Of a stretch of DNA of 248,000 nucleotides, positions 84,272 through 94,181 are shown piece after piece (the first letter of the stretch is position 1; every line of letters starts with the position of its first letter). A program made the translations under genes and the position numbers. The stretch spans positions 764,001 through 1,012,000 of the forward strand of contig NZ_JMCB01000006.1 of NCBI RefSeq assembly GCF_000737315.1, read 5' to 3'. Below the pieces are notes generated by a model, which worked only from the letters and a program-made list of their open reading frames with translations, was not told the origin of the DNA and did no database searches. This DNA comes from Hyalangium minutum. Its GTDB lineage: Bacteria; Myxococcota; Myxococcia; Myxococcales; Myxococcaceae.

Positions 84272-85558
84272 ATGACGCTCCGGGAAACCATCGAGTATGC
84301 ACGCGGGCTGTTCGTGAAGCTCTGGGCCGAGCTCTGGAAGGACCATCCCCGGTTCCAGGAACTGGAGCGGGAGTTTCGCCTCAATAAGGCGATCGGGACC
84401 GAAGCGCAGGTCCTCAAACTGCTCGACGAGGGGAAGAAACCGCCGGAGGAGTGGAACGGCCTGGTGCGGCTGCGTGCGCTGGATGAGTTCCTGGCCGAGA
84501 ACTCGGGGAGCCGGGCCACAGGAGTGGACACCCTGCTCTCGACGCTCGTGCAGTTGGAGGACGGAGAGCGCTACCACCTCTACCGGCGCCCTCAGGGGAT
84601 GAGGAAGGGCCACCTCGAAGGGAAGGTGGGGCACCTCCGCAACTGGGCGAGGCATCACTGGGTCATCCCCGCGAACTTGAGCCGCTATCACGTCGAGATC
84701 CGGAAGCCAGGCGATTACCTCTCCCGGAAGCTCGCCGACCTCTACAAGCGGGGAGAGCGCCTCCGGGTTGCCATCTGCCACTTCGAGGACGGAGTGGGGC
84801 TATCGCGGGTGAAACCGCATCCTCCGTCGTGGCGAGTGGAGAGCCTCACGGATCCGGAGGCCCGCTGGCAGACCCTGAAAGGCTTCCTGGAACAGGCGCG
84901 ATTCGCAGGAGCCCACGTGTTGGTGCTCCCGGAGCTCACGGTGACACCCGCGCTGCGGGAACGGGTCCAGCAGTGGCTGGAGGAGCACTTCGGCGAGCAT
85001 GAGATGCTGATGGTGCTCCCTGGAAGCTTTCATGAGGCGGACAGTGAGGACCCGGACAAGGTCTTCAACCGGGCGGAGCTGTTGGACGCCTATGGGCACC
85101 CCGTCCTAGAGCATCTCAAGCTCCTGCCTTTCGGCGGGCTTGGCGAACAGGGAGCCGAGGACATCCACACCGGGAAGTGGATCCGGCTGATGGGACTGCC
85201 GCTCGGCATGCTGGCGATGCCCATCTGCCTGGACTTCTGCGAAGCAGACGGGCCGATGCCTGAAGTCTGGAAGAACATCGGTCCCGAGTGGGTGCTGGTC
85301 CCCGCCTTGGGGGATGCTACCAGCCTCAGGGCGCATGCCCGGGCGGCCGCACAGCTCTACACCACGCGCGGCAGCGTCACCGTGCTGGCCAACCAGCCCA
85401 AGACTGAAGGGGAGAAGGCTCCTGGCTTCGTCTACCAGGGTCAGAAGCGCGACAGTGCGGAGAAGGCGGATGAGCCTGTGCCCTGCTTCCAGGTGGTGGA
85501 AGTGGACATCCGCTTGGATTTCCAGGGGAACAAGCAGGCACCGGGAGCGGTAAACTAG
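84272..85558 (+). CDS. protein with C-terminal carbon-nitrogen hydrolase (nitrilase-superfamily) domain
   Basis: E-K-C triad in VLVLPE, HLK, ICLD. Confidence 0.7.
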   Translation: MTLRETIEYARGLFVKLWAELWKDHPRFQELEREFRLNKAIGTEAQVLKLLDEGKKPPEEWNGLVRLRALDEFLAENSGSRATGVDTLLSTLVQLEDGERYHLYRRPQGMRKGHLEGKVGHLRNWARHHWVIPANLSRYHVEIRKPGDYLSRKLADLYKRGERLRVAICHFEDGVGLSRVKPHPPSWRVESLTDPEARWQTLKGFLEQARFAGAHVLVLPELTVTPALRERVQQWLEEHFGEHEMLMVLPGSFHEADSEDPDKVFNRAELLDAYGHPVLEHLKLLPFGGLGEQGAEDIHTGKWIRLMGLPLGMLAMPICLDFCEADGPMPEVWKNIGPEWVLVPALGDATSLRAHARAAAQLYTTRGSVTVLANQPKTEGEKAPGFVYQGQKRDSAEKADEPVPCFQVVEVDIRLDFQGNKQAPGAVN

Positions 85559-85590
85559 AGTAAACCCCTGGAGTTCACTAAGGTTTACTC
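85558..85590. promoter_or_regulatory. inverted repeat abutting the wHTH start codon
   Basis: GAGTAAACC-N15-GGTTTACTC. Confidence 0.55.
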
Positions 85591-86241
85591 ATGCCGCTTG
85601 AGCTGGAGACTGTCGCTCCCGAGGACTTGGCGTTCCATGCCTCGCTGGCCGAGATGTTGGAGGCCATCCGCAGCCGCGAGCAGTGGAGCGAGCGCATGGC
85701 CGAAGTCCTGGAGTACGCCTACTGCGAGCGGCTCCTCAAGCTGGTGCGGACGGGAGCACCGCTAGAGCAGCTCCGCGAACTGAACGAGCACTTGGCTCAT
85801 GTCGTCCATCCCCGACGGCGCGCCCAGCTCGACAGCCTGGGCAAGCCCTACTTCGCGCGCTGGTCCATGCTGCGCGCGCTATTGGAGATGCGCATCGAGT
85901 CGCTGCGCAGTGAAGTCCCCTCCCAGGTGCTCAACCGGAAGCACGTCCGGGAAATCCTGGAGCGCGTCCAGCGAGAGGGGGAGGTGACGCAGCAGTTCAT
86001 CGGCGAGACGTTCGCGCTCGAGAAAGCCAACCTGTCCCGGATCCTGGCGCTCATGGAGGCCAACGAGCTCATCGACAAGGTGGCTCGGGGCAATGGCAAC
86101 ACCATCGTCCTGGGAGTCAGGGGGCGGGAGTTGATGCCACCGAAGGAGACTGCCGTGCCACGGGCCCCCGCGCCCGTGAAACACGCGCGGCGTGGAGCCT
86201 CGTACCTCAACCCCGAAGCGGCCGATGGCACCTTCCACTAG
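85591..86241 (+). CDS. MarR-like winged-helix protein
   Basis: VTQQFIGETFALEKANLSRIL..ME..LI. Confidence 0.65.
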   Translation: MPLELETVAPEDLAFHASLAEMLEAIRSREQWSERMAEVLEYAYCERLLKLVRTGAPLEQLRELNEHLAHVVHPRRRAQLDSLGKPYFARWSMLRALLEMRIESLRSEVPSQVLNRKHVREILERVQREGEVTQQFIGETFALEKANLSRILALMEANELIDKVARGNGNTIVLGVRGRELMPPKETAVPRAPAPVKHARRGASYLNPEAADGTFH

Positions 86242-86245
86242 GACC

Positions 86246-89200
86246 ATGACGGCACACGTCTCGACCTTCTACAGCTTCAAGGGGGGTGTGGGGCGGACCC
86301 TGTTGCTGGCCAACGTGGGCGTGGCCCTCGCGCGCGGCCATCAGCGAGTCCTCTTGTGGGACCTGGATCTGGAAGCGCCAGGGATGCACCACATCGAAGG
86401 ACTGAAGCCGCGCAAGCCCGTGGCCCAGGGTTTCCTGCGGTGGCTGATGGAGTGGCAGCAGGCGGAAGCCGCCGCCGCCGCCCCCGTCCCCCTCGAGGGG
86501 CACCTGTTGGAGTCCTTTCTGGCCCTGCCGTACGCAGTGCCAGAGGTCCCCGGCTTGTTCGTCCTGCCCGCGTATGGGGAGCGCGAGAACTTCACGGGCC
86601 TCTACCAGCAGATCGACTGGCACAAGTTCACCGTGGAGTCTCCCGAGCGAGGCGTCGCGCTCTTTCAGCAGCTCCTGGACGGGCTCACGGGGCGGCTGGG
86701 GTATGGCCACATCCTGCTGGACTCACGGACGGGCATCACCGATCTGGGAGGCCTGCTCACGGCGGTGCTGCCGCATGCGACGGTGCTGGTGGGCAACTAC
86801 TCGGCCCAGAACACGGCGGGGCTGCTGAACGTCTATCGCGCGCTGCAGCCGGCGGTGGCCGGGAAGATGCCCGAGCGGAGATATGGGAAGTTGCGGCGTC
86901 TGCTGGTGGCCTCGCCGGTGCCGCTCCTGGAGACGAAGCAGGCGCTGGAGGCGCGCCGTGCCGTCTGGAACAGCCAGTTCGAGACGCCACCGGACGAGAC
87001 CCGTGTGGAGATCCCCTTCGTGGAGCGGTTGCTCTTTGGAGAGGAGCTGCTGGTCGAGACGGCTCCCCAATCGCCCACGGCCCGGGCCTATCAGGAGGTG
87101 GCCGCGAGGCTCAGCGAACTCCGAGAGGAGCGCATCCAGGAGGAGGAGGCCGCCAACCTGGGGGATCAGCTCTACCCGGAGCGCGCGCGGATGCGGCGGA
87201 TGAGCGGGCTGGAGGGATTCTTCGACGCGGGCCCCTCCTTCGAGCAGCGGGTGGAGAAGCTGCTCCGGCTCCTGGGCTACACGGTGACTCGGCTTGAGCC
87301 GCAGGACAGTGGAGCGGATCTCCAGGCCCAGCGTAAGAGCGGCCTCCTGCAGGAGCGGTACCGGGTCGTCTGCAAGGAGATACGGCGGCCCCTCTCGCTG
87401 ATTGAGGCGCAATCGCTCGTGAAGCTGCTCCAGCCCACGGGCGAGCGATCCTCCGAGAATGCACTGATGGTGGTGGCGTCCGGCTTCTCCACCGCGGCCA
87501 TCGAGTTCCTGCAGGAAGCGCGGGTGCTGGCCTTCACCTTGAAGGACCTGGAGCGGGAGCTCTTCGACTTCAAGCCGTACCTGTCGCGGCTTCGCAGGAG
87601 CTACGAGGAGAGCACGCTGGCGCGCACCTACGTCCCTCCAAAGCTGAAGTCCCTGGAGGTGCAGGGACGGGAAGCGGAGGCGCTGGCACGAGGCAAGGCG
87701 TGGGCTCGCGGGGAGAGTGCCCGGCTGTGGCTGGTGGTGGGAGAGGCCGGGACGGGGAAGACGAGCTTCATCCAACGGCTCGCCTATGAGCTGGCGGCTG
87801 CCGCCGAGAAGGATTCTGACAGCCCCGTTCCTGTCACCATCCCCCTCAAGGACTTTGGGGGAGCCGTCTCCCTGGAGGGAATGCTGCAGGAACACATGGC
87901 CGCACGCGTGGGCTGGCGGGGAGATCCCGCGGTCCTGCTTCACCTGCTCTCCGTGGGGAGAATCGTTCTGCTCCTGGATGGGCTGGACGAGCTGGGTGTC
88001 ACGGAGCCCTCGCTCCTGGAGGAGCAGCTCCGCCAGCTCGCGAGGCCGACCGCCTCCGAGCCCGAGGAGCCGCGGGGTAACCGCGTTCTCATCACGAGTC
88101 GAGCGCAGCACTTCCGGGACGAGCGCAGCGCGGGGCTCCCGGCGCGCGTCTCCCCGTTGAACACTGCGCTTGGGTCCGTGGCTCTGGCGCTCGGCGCGGA
88201 GGTGGATGAGCTGGCCGGGTGGGATCGGCAACAACTGCGAGAGTTCCTCGTCCGATCCCTCGGACAGGAGAAGGCGGCACAATGGGATGCACTGCTTGCC
88301 CGGATCGAGGCACGGCCTGAGCTGACCTCCCGGCCGATGCTGGTGGAGATGCTTCTGCCCGTGGCCTCGGAGCTCTCTTCTTACAAGGGCGAGTTGTCTC
88401 TCGGGGCTTTGTTTCAGCTCTTCATCCGCCACGTGCTGAAGAGCCAGGGCCCGCTTGCACGGATGCGGCTAGGACGCTTCTTAGAGCGGTTGGCGCACGA
88501 GGCGCGGAGGGACCCGCGAGGCCGGATCCACATCACCAAGATGATCCGCCTGATAGGTGTGCCGCTCAGGAGTACGGCGCGTCAGGAGGCCTCCAGGCTG
88601 GAGCCGGAGCTGAGCGCGCTGCCCTTCCTGACGCGGGAGCTGGGCGAGTACTACCAGTTCAAGTTCAAGCTCTTCGAGGAGTTCTTCTATGCGCGGCATC
88701 TGTGGAACGCGGCGCACCGACAGAGGCTGGCGCATGCGCTGGATGCGCCCCCGCTGACGTCCGACGGAGCCGTCTTCCTGGTGGATCTCGCCGCCAGCGA
88801 GGACGTGGAGGTGCTTCGATCGGGTGTCAGGCAGGTGCTGTCCGGTAGCTATTCGCCTCGGATCAGTGAGAACGCGCTCCGCCTCGCGTACGAGTGGAGC
88901 TGTGGCACGGCGGGAGGCGCCAATCAAAGCAGCCAGCAAGAGATGCGCTGGTTCATGCCCCCGCAGGCGCACCTGGAAGGAGCGGACCTCCGCGGAGCCC
89001 GGTTGGCTTGGGCGTGGCTCGAAGGGGCCCGGCTCGTGGAGACTCGCCTGGACGGTGCGGACCTGACGGCGGCGAACCTTCGCGGAGTCGAGGGCCACAG
89101 GCTTCAAGCGCGTGTCAGCATCCTGGACGGAGCGGACTTGGGTCGCGCTCAGCTCCGGGAGGCAGACTTCTCGGGCAGTACGGCGTTCCACCACGCTCCG

Positions 89201-91342
89201 CTCCTCGAGGGGACGGATCTGCGCGGGGCCCGGCTCAAGGGCACAGCGTGGAGGATGCCCGCGCTGAGTGGGGAGCTCCCTCCCAGTAGAGAGCTGAGGC
89301 TGGCACGCTGGGGCAGCCGTCACGTGGACGGCGGGAGCGAGGTGCTCCTCGAGCCCGCCTTGCCAGGCTCGGTGAGTGAGCTGGCGGTCTCTTCGGATGG
89401 AACCCTGTTCGTGACCTGCGGAGGCCAGCACCCTGTCTTGTGGGACCTGGCCTCGGGGCGCCCATTGGTCACGTTCGTGGGCCACGCGGCGTGCGTGAAC
89501 AGTGTCGTGTTCGCTCCCAGCGGGAAGCTCCTCGCCTCGGCTTCGGATGATGGGACAGTGGGTGTGTGGGATGTCTCCACGGGAGCGCTTCTGCGGAGCC
89601 TTCGAGGCCATCAAGCCCCGCTATGGCAGGTCGCGTTCTCACCCGATGGGGGCCTCCTCGCATCTTGTTCGGTCGATGGGACAGCGCGTCTGTGGAATCC
89701 CAACACGGGAGAGCCTGTGTCGGTCATCTCCGCTCACGCTGAGAAAGTGTGGAGTGTGGCCTTCTCACCGGACGGTGAGCTGCTCGCGACAGGTTCGGAG
89801 GACCAGTCGATCCGCATCTGGCGGGTGGCGAGTGGAGCTCCAGTTCGTACGTTGGAGGGGCACACGAAGGCGGTCCGATCGCTTGTGTTCAACCCACGGG
89901 TCCCTCATCAGCTCATCAGCGGGTCCGGGGACTCGACGGTGAAGATCTGGGACCTGCAGGAAGACACGCCCCCCAGAGAGCTGCTGGCCGAGGATGCCAA
90001 TGTGATGCGCCTCGCGTGTAACGGGGTGAACGTGGCGGCCATCACCCTCCAGAGCGAGGTCCTCGTATGGGACGCGGCCTCGGGGACTCAGGTGGGCAGC
90101 GTGTATGGAGGGGGATTGGGGTTTGGGCTGGCGTTCGTGCCGGGAGAAGAAGGGCAGGTCGCTGTCGCCGCGAATCAAGGCATCTGGCTCGAGCGCCCAG
90201 CGGCTCCAGAGTCACGGGTGCAGCGGGTTCGCGGAGCGGCGGGCGTCTGCGTGAGCTTCCTGCCGGGAGGGCGGGTGGTGCTGGGGGGAGAAGCGGGAGG
90301 GGCGAGGGTCTGGGATACACGCACCGGGGCATCCCCCATGATGTTGCCCACGGCACAAGACGTGGTGGCGTCGCTCGCCGTGTCTCCCGATGCAACGGAG
90401 CTCTACACCTTCTCGACGGACGGAGTCATCCGGCTCTGGGACATCGAGGCGGGCAGACTGCTGAAGGTGGTGGAGAAGCTCGAGGATGTGGGCCGCCTCG
90501 CCCTCTCGCCTGACGGCGGGCGCTTGGCGCGGACAGACGGGCGTTCAGTCAGAATCTGGGACGTGCGCGCACCTCGCCCCAAAGCTCGCTTCGAGCTCAG
90601 TGGACTGGAGAGTTCCATCTGGGGGATCGCCTTCTCTCCGGACGGTCAGATCCTTGCTACGGCTTCCGCGGACAAGCTCGTGAGGCTCTGGGACGGCCAC
90701 ACCGGCACGGCGATCCGCTCCTTGGAGGGGCACACGGAGGACGTGTACGCCTTGGCTTTCTCTCCCAAGGCTTCGCTGCTGGCCAGTGTCGGCGGTGAAA
90801 AGACGGTCCGGGTATGGGACGTCGAGAAGGGAGAGGCTGCCTTCACCTTGGAAGGCCATGAAGATGGCCCCGTCAGCGCTGTCGCGTTCTCGCCCGATGG
90901 GAACCTGCTCATGAGCGGTGCATGGGACTTCACGGTCCGGGTCTGGAGCGTCCGGGAGCGAAAACAAGTGGCCGTGCTCGAAGGTCACGAGGGGGTTCTT
91001 GTCGGCGTGGCCTTCTCACCGGAAGGCGATCGCGTGGTGACGATCACCATGGGAGGGAGTGCGCGGCTCTGGGACACCCGGACATGGCGGCTCCTGGCCA
91101 CCTTCGTTTGGCTGGAGCCGGGCTGGGCCACGCTTGCGGGCTCCTATGCCCTCACTTCTCCAGAGGCGGACACCGGCAGGATCGCGGTCCGGGCCGGTGC
91201 GCTGCTGGCGCCACTGACGCTCTTCAAGGACCAATGCCTCCGTCCGGAGCTTGTCCAGGCTGTCTTGGCGGGGCAGCCGGTCGAACCCCTGAAGCTCGAG
91301 CTTGGCATGGCGAGCCGGGGACTTCACCCGCGCGATCCCTAA
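86246..91342 (+). CDS. KGGVGR-type ParA-like ATPase / REase-like / NACHT / pentapeptide / WD40 protein
   Basis: YSFKGGVGRT; GADL..VCK; GEAGTGKTS and LLLDGLDE; pentapeptide repeats; many WD40 repeats. Confidence 0.8.
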   Translation: MTAHVSTFYSFKGGVGRTLLLANVGVALARGHQRVLLWDLDLEAPGMHHIEGLKPRKPVAQGFLRWLMEWQQAEAAAAAPVPLEGHLLESFLALPYAVPEVPGLFVLPAYGERENFTGLYQQIDWHKFTVESPERGVALFQQLLDGLTGRLGYGHILLDSRTGITDLGGLLTAVLPHATVLVGNYSAQNTAGLLNVYRALQPAVAGKMPERRYGKLRRLLVASPVPLLETKQALEARRAVWNSQFETPPDETRVEIPFVERLLFGEELLVETAPQSPTARAYQEVAARLSELREERIQEEEAANLGDQLYPERARMRRMSGLEGFFDAGPSFEQRVEKLLRLLGYTVTRLEPQDSGADLQAQRKSGLLQERYRVVCKEIRRPLSLIEAQSLVKLLQPTGERSSENALMVVASGFSTAAIEFLQEARVLAFTLKDLERELFDFKPYLSRLRRSYEESTLARTYVPPKLKSLEVQGREAEALARGKAWARGESARLWLVVGEAGTGKTSFIQRLAYELAAAAEKDSDSPVPVTIPLKDFGGAVSLEGMLQEHMAARVGWRGDPAVLLHLLSVGRIVLLLDGLDELGVTEPSLLEEQLRQLARPTASEPEEPRGNRVLITSRAQHFRDERSAGLPARVSPLNTALGSVALALGAEVDELAGWDRQQLREFLVRSLGQEKAAQWDALLARIEARPELTSRPMLVEMLLPVASELSSYKGELSLGALFQLFIRHVLKSQGPLARMRLGRFLERLAHEARRDPRGRIHITKMIRLIGVPLRSTARQEASRLEPELSALPFLTRELGEYYQFKFKLFEEFFYARHLWNAAHRQRLAHALDAPPLTSDGAVFLVDLAASEDVEVLRSGVRQVLSGSYSPRISENALRLAYEWSCGTAGGANQSSQQEMRWFMPPQAHLEGADLRGARLAWAWLEGARLVETRLDGADLTAANLRGVEGHRLQARVSILDGADLGRAQLREADFSGSTAFHHAPLLEGTDLRGARLKGTAWRMPALSGELPPSRELRLARWGSRHVDGGSEVLLEPALPGSVSELAVSSDGTLFVTCGGQHPVLWDLASGRPLVTFVGHAACVNSVVFAPSGKLLASASDDGTVGVWDVSTGALLRSLRGHQAPLWQVAFSPDGGLLASCSVDGTARLWNPNTGEPVSVISAHAEKVWSVAFSPDGELLATGSEDQSIRIWRVASGAPVRTLEGHTKAVRSLVFNPRVPHQLISGSGDSTVKIWDLQEDTPPRELLAEDANVMRLACNGVNVAAITLQSEVLVWDAASGTQVGSVYGGGLGFGLAFVPGEEGQVAVAANQGIWLERPAAPESRVQRVRGAAGVCVSFLPGGRVVLGGEAGGARVWDTRTGASPMMLPTAQDVVASLAVSPDATELYTFSTDGVIRLWDIEAGRLLKVVEKLEDVGRLALSPDGGRLARTDGRSVRIWDVRAPRPKARFELSGLESSIWGIAFSPDGQILATASADKLVRLWDGHTGTAIRSLEGHTEDVYALAFSPKASLLASVGGEKTVRVWDVEKGEAAFTLEGHEDGPVSAVAFSPDGNLLMSGAWDFTVRVWSVRERKQVAVLEGHEGVLVGVAFSPEGDRVVTITMGGSARLWDTRTWRLLATFVWLEPGWATLAGSYALTSPEADTGRIAVRAGALLAPLTLFKDQCLRPELVQAVLAGQPVEPLKLELGMASRGLHPRDP

Positions 91343-91382
91343 GCGAGGAGCTGGCGTTACCCCCAGCTCGGCCGGGACGTGC

Positions 91383-93176
91383 TCAGCCCCGGAGGCGCTC
91401 GTGTCCCGCGCTGCAGCCCGTGCGCAAGAAGTTCTGCGCGGTGGTGATCAGCGCGAGGTGGCTGAAGGCCTGAGGGAAGTTGCCCACCAGCCGGTGGGAC
91501 TCCACGTCGTACTCTTCGGACAGCAGCCCCACGTCGTTGCACAGCCCCAGCAACCGCTCGAAGAGCTCGCAGGCCTCCTGGTGGCGGCCGAGCAGCGCCT
91601 GGTTGTTCGCCAGCCAGAACGAGCACGCCAGGAACACGCCCTCGCCCGCGGGGAATCCGTCCTTCGTGCGGTCCGAGTCGTAGCGGTACACGAGGCCCTC
91701 GTGGAGCAGCTCGCGCTCGATGGCCTCCACCGTGCCTCGCACGCGGGGATCCTCCGGGGGCAAGAAGCCCACCAGCGGGATCATCAACAGGCTCGCGTCC
91801 AGCTCCCGCGAGCCATAGGCCTGCACGAAGGTGTTGAGCTTCGGATCAAAGCCCTTCTCGCACACCTGCGCGTGGATGCGGGAGCGCAGGGCGCGCCACT
91901 CGTCCAGCGGAGCCTCCAGGTGGTAGTCCTCGGCGCTCCTGAGCGCCTGGTCCACCGCCACCCATGCCATGATCTTCGAGTGCGTGAACTGCTGCCGTCC
92001 GCCCCGGATCTCCCAGATCCCCTCGTCTGGCAGCTCCCAGGACCGCTCGATGAAGCGCAGCAGGTGCCGCTGCAGATCCCACACCTCCTGCTCCGAGGGC
92101 AGACCGGCAACGCGGGCCTGGTGGAGGCAGGCCATCACCTCGCCGAAGATATCGAGCTGGAGCTGCTTCACCGCGTCGTTGCCGATGCGGACCGGATGGG
92201 AGTTCGCATAGCCCGGCAGCCAGGGCAGCACGGACTCCGGGAAGCGGCGCTCGCCCGCGACGCCGTACATGATCTGCAGCTCCTCGGGCTCTCCGGCCAC
92301 GGCGCGCAGCAGCCAGTCGCGCCAGGAGCGGGCCTCCTCGGTGTAGCCGGCCCGCAGCAGCGTCACCAGCGTGAGCGTGGCGTCGCGCAGCCAGCAATAG
92401 CGGTAGTCCCAGTTGCGCACGCCGCCCAGGTTCTCGGGGAGCGAGGTGGTGGGCGCGGCGACGATGCCCCCGGTCGGCGAGTACGTGAGGGCCTTCAAGG
92501 TGATGAGCGAGCGCAGCACCTGCTCGCGCCAGGGCCCCTGGTAGGTGCAGCGGTCCGACCACTCGCGCCACCAGGAGCACGTTCCCTCCAGGGCGGTGAA
92601 GGCCTCCACGGAGCGGGGCTGGCGCTGGTGGGAGGGGAACCAGGTGAGGATGATGGGGATCTGCTCGTGCTCGGCCACGGTGAAGTCCGAGAAGACGTGG
92701 CCGTTCTCCACGTGCATGGGCATGCGGGTGCGCAGCAGCGTGGCATCCGGGCCGGCCTTGGCGGAGACGCAGCAGAAGGTGGAGCGGATCCACGGGCTGC
92801 GATTGCCGTAGCCGAAGCGGGGCGAGGCCTCCATGTGGACGGGGACCCGGCCGCTCATGCCGCGGACGATGCGGACGATGTCCGGCGCCTCGTTGCGCGG
92901 CGGCATGAAGTCGATGAGGCGCACGGTGCCCTCGGCCGTCTCGAAGTCCGTCTCGAGCACGAGGGTGCCGGGCACGTAGCGGCGCCGCACCGAGCGCACG
93001 GGGATGGAGGGGGCGATGCACCAGCGGCCATGGCGCTCGTCGCCCAGCAGCGCCGCGAAGCAGGCATCCGAGTCGAAGCGGGGCCAGCACAGCCAGTCGA
93101 TGGAGCCATTCGTCCCGACGAGTGCCGCGCTGTAGGTGTCGCCAATCAGGGCATAGGCTTCGAGGGGCAGCGCCAT
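91383..93176 (-). CDS. GH15 family glycoside hydrolase
   Basis: NWDYRYCWLRD, PDEGIWE, GNFPQAFSH. Confidence 0.92.
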   Translation of the reverse strand: MALPLEAYALIGDTYSAALVGTNGSIDWLCWPRFDSDACFAALLGDERHGRWCIAPSIPVRSVRRRYVPGTLVLETDFETAEGTVRLIDFMPPRNEAPDIVRIVRGMSGRVPVHMEASPRFGYGNRSPWIRSTFCCVSAKAGPDATLLRTRMPMHVENGHVFSDFTVAEHEQIPIILTWFPSHQRQPRSVEAFTALEGTCSWWREWSDRCTYQGPWREQVLRSLITLKALTYSPTGGIVAAPTTSLPENLGGVRNWDYRYCWLRDATLTLVTLLRAGYTEEARSWRDWLLRAVAGEPEELQIMYGVAGERRFPESVLPWLPGYANSHPVRIGNDAVKQLQLDIFGEVMACLHQARVAGLPSEQEVWDLQRHLLRFIERSWELPDEGIWEIRGGRQQFTHSKIMAWVAVDQALRSAEDYHLEAPLDEWRALRSRIHAQVCEKGFDPKLNTFVQAYGSRELDASLLMIPLVGFLPPEDPRVRGTVEAIERELLHEGLVYRYDSDRTKDGFPAGEGVFLACSFWLANNQALLGRHQEACELFERLLGLCNDVGLLSEEYDVESHRLVGNFPQAFSHLALITTAQNFLRTGCSAGHERLRG

Positions 93177-93196
93177 GTCTGAAAACTAGAGAGCCC

Positions 93197-93745
93197 TCAC
93201 GTGGAAGGCGGGAGAGGCGCGGAGTCCTGCCGCTCTCCGGGAGAGTGCCCCAGGGCGTGCTCAGCTCCTGGAGCCGTGAGCGGACGGGCGGCCGGCAAGG
93301 AATGGGAGGCGCGAGGGAGCGCCCACTCCGTCACGAGCCCGAAGAGGCACGTCTGTGCCAGGAGGAAAGCGCGCTCGGCGCGCGTCCAGGTGCGAGGCGG
93401 AGCCGTGACGTGGAGGGCGGGAAAGGAGAGGTGCTCGAAAGTCAGAACCCCCGCGCCCAGCAGCAGGCCCCTCAGGAGCGGAGAGGGGGGCAACCTCTCC
93501 CGGAGCCGGGCCCAGATGAGGCCGAGCACCGGGCCATAGGTGAAGCGCATGCCCAGGCTCCAGGCGAGGGCTCTGCGCGGAGGCACGGTGCGGCGAGTCA
93601 CCCGGTGCACGAGCTGGGCCGCGAGGCGGCGCGCGGAATAAGGAGGCGCGTGCCCCAGGGCGGCGTTGCGCAGCACGGCAAAGCCACCGAGGGCCAGGGT
93701 GCCCACGGCGCCAGCAGTCGCGCCTCGAAGCAGGGGAGCGCTCAT
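93197..93745 (-). CDS. membrane protein
   Basis: Hydrophobic segments. Confidence 0.55.
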   Translation of the reverse strand: MSAPLLRGATAGAVGTLALGGFAVLRNAALGHAPPYSARRLAAQLVHRVTRRTVPPRRALAWSLGMRFTYGPVLGLIWARLRERLPPSPLLRGLLLGAGVLTFEHLSFPALHVTAPPRTWTRAERAFLLAQTCLFGLVTEWALPRASHSLPAARPLTAPGAEHALGHSPGERQDSAPLPPST

Positions 93746-94077
93746 GTCTTGATGAGGCGGCGGAAGCCACGGACCGTGGGCTGCGCCGTGGGCGCCAGCG
93801 ACGCGCAGATGATCAGCGCCCCGAGGACGATGTCATGCGCGGTGGGGAGCGCGTCACCGCCATAGCCGAGCAGGTTCGGCGCGAGCAGGAGCCACCCACC
93901 GAGCGCCACGTTCACGAAGCGCAGCGGGGGAGCGGACGAGGCCAGCAGGGACACGATGGCGACCGCCAGGCCCACCATGGCCGAGTTGAGGCGGGCCACC
94001 GGCTGGACGTAGTTGAAGACGAGGGGGGCGATGAAGAGCCAGACCCCCAGGACGAAGCTGAGCCAGCGAGTCCACAT
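93742..94077 (-). CDS. SPW-repeat membrane protein
   Basis: LGVWLFIAP, LGGWLLLAP. Confidence 0.7.
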   Translation of the reverse strand: MWTRWLSFVLGVWLFIAPLVFNYVQPVARLNSAMVGLAVAIVSLLASSAPPLRFVNVALGGWLLLAPNLLGYGGDALPTAHDIVLGALIICASLAPTAQPTVRGFRRLIKT

Positions 94078-94181
94078 GTGACAGACCTCCTCGACAGCCG
94101 TCACACCCAAGGTGGGCAGTGCCCCGCGCCACCCGCAAGACGAGGAGGCGAGGAGCGGGCGCTCGGCATGCCGCTCGCTCC

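Noticed and set aside
86246-87200. Second chromosome-partitioning ParA
   Set aside because: KGGVGR rather than KGGVGK, fused to NACHT-WD40, with no parB or parS nearby.
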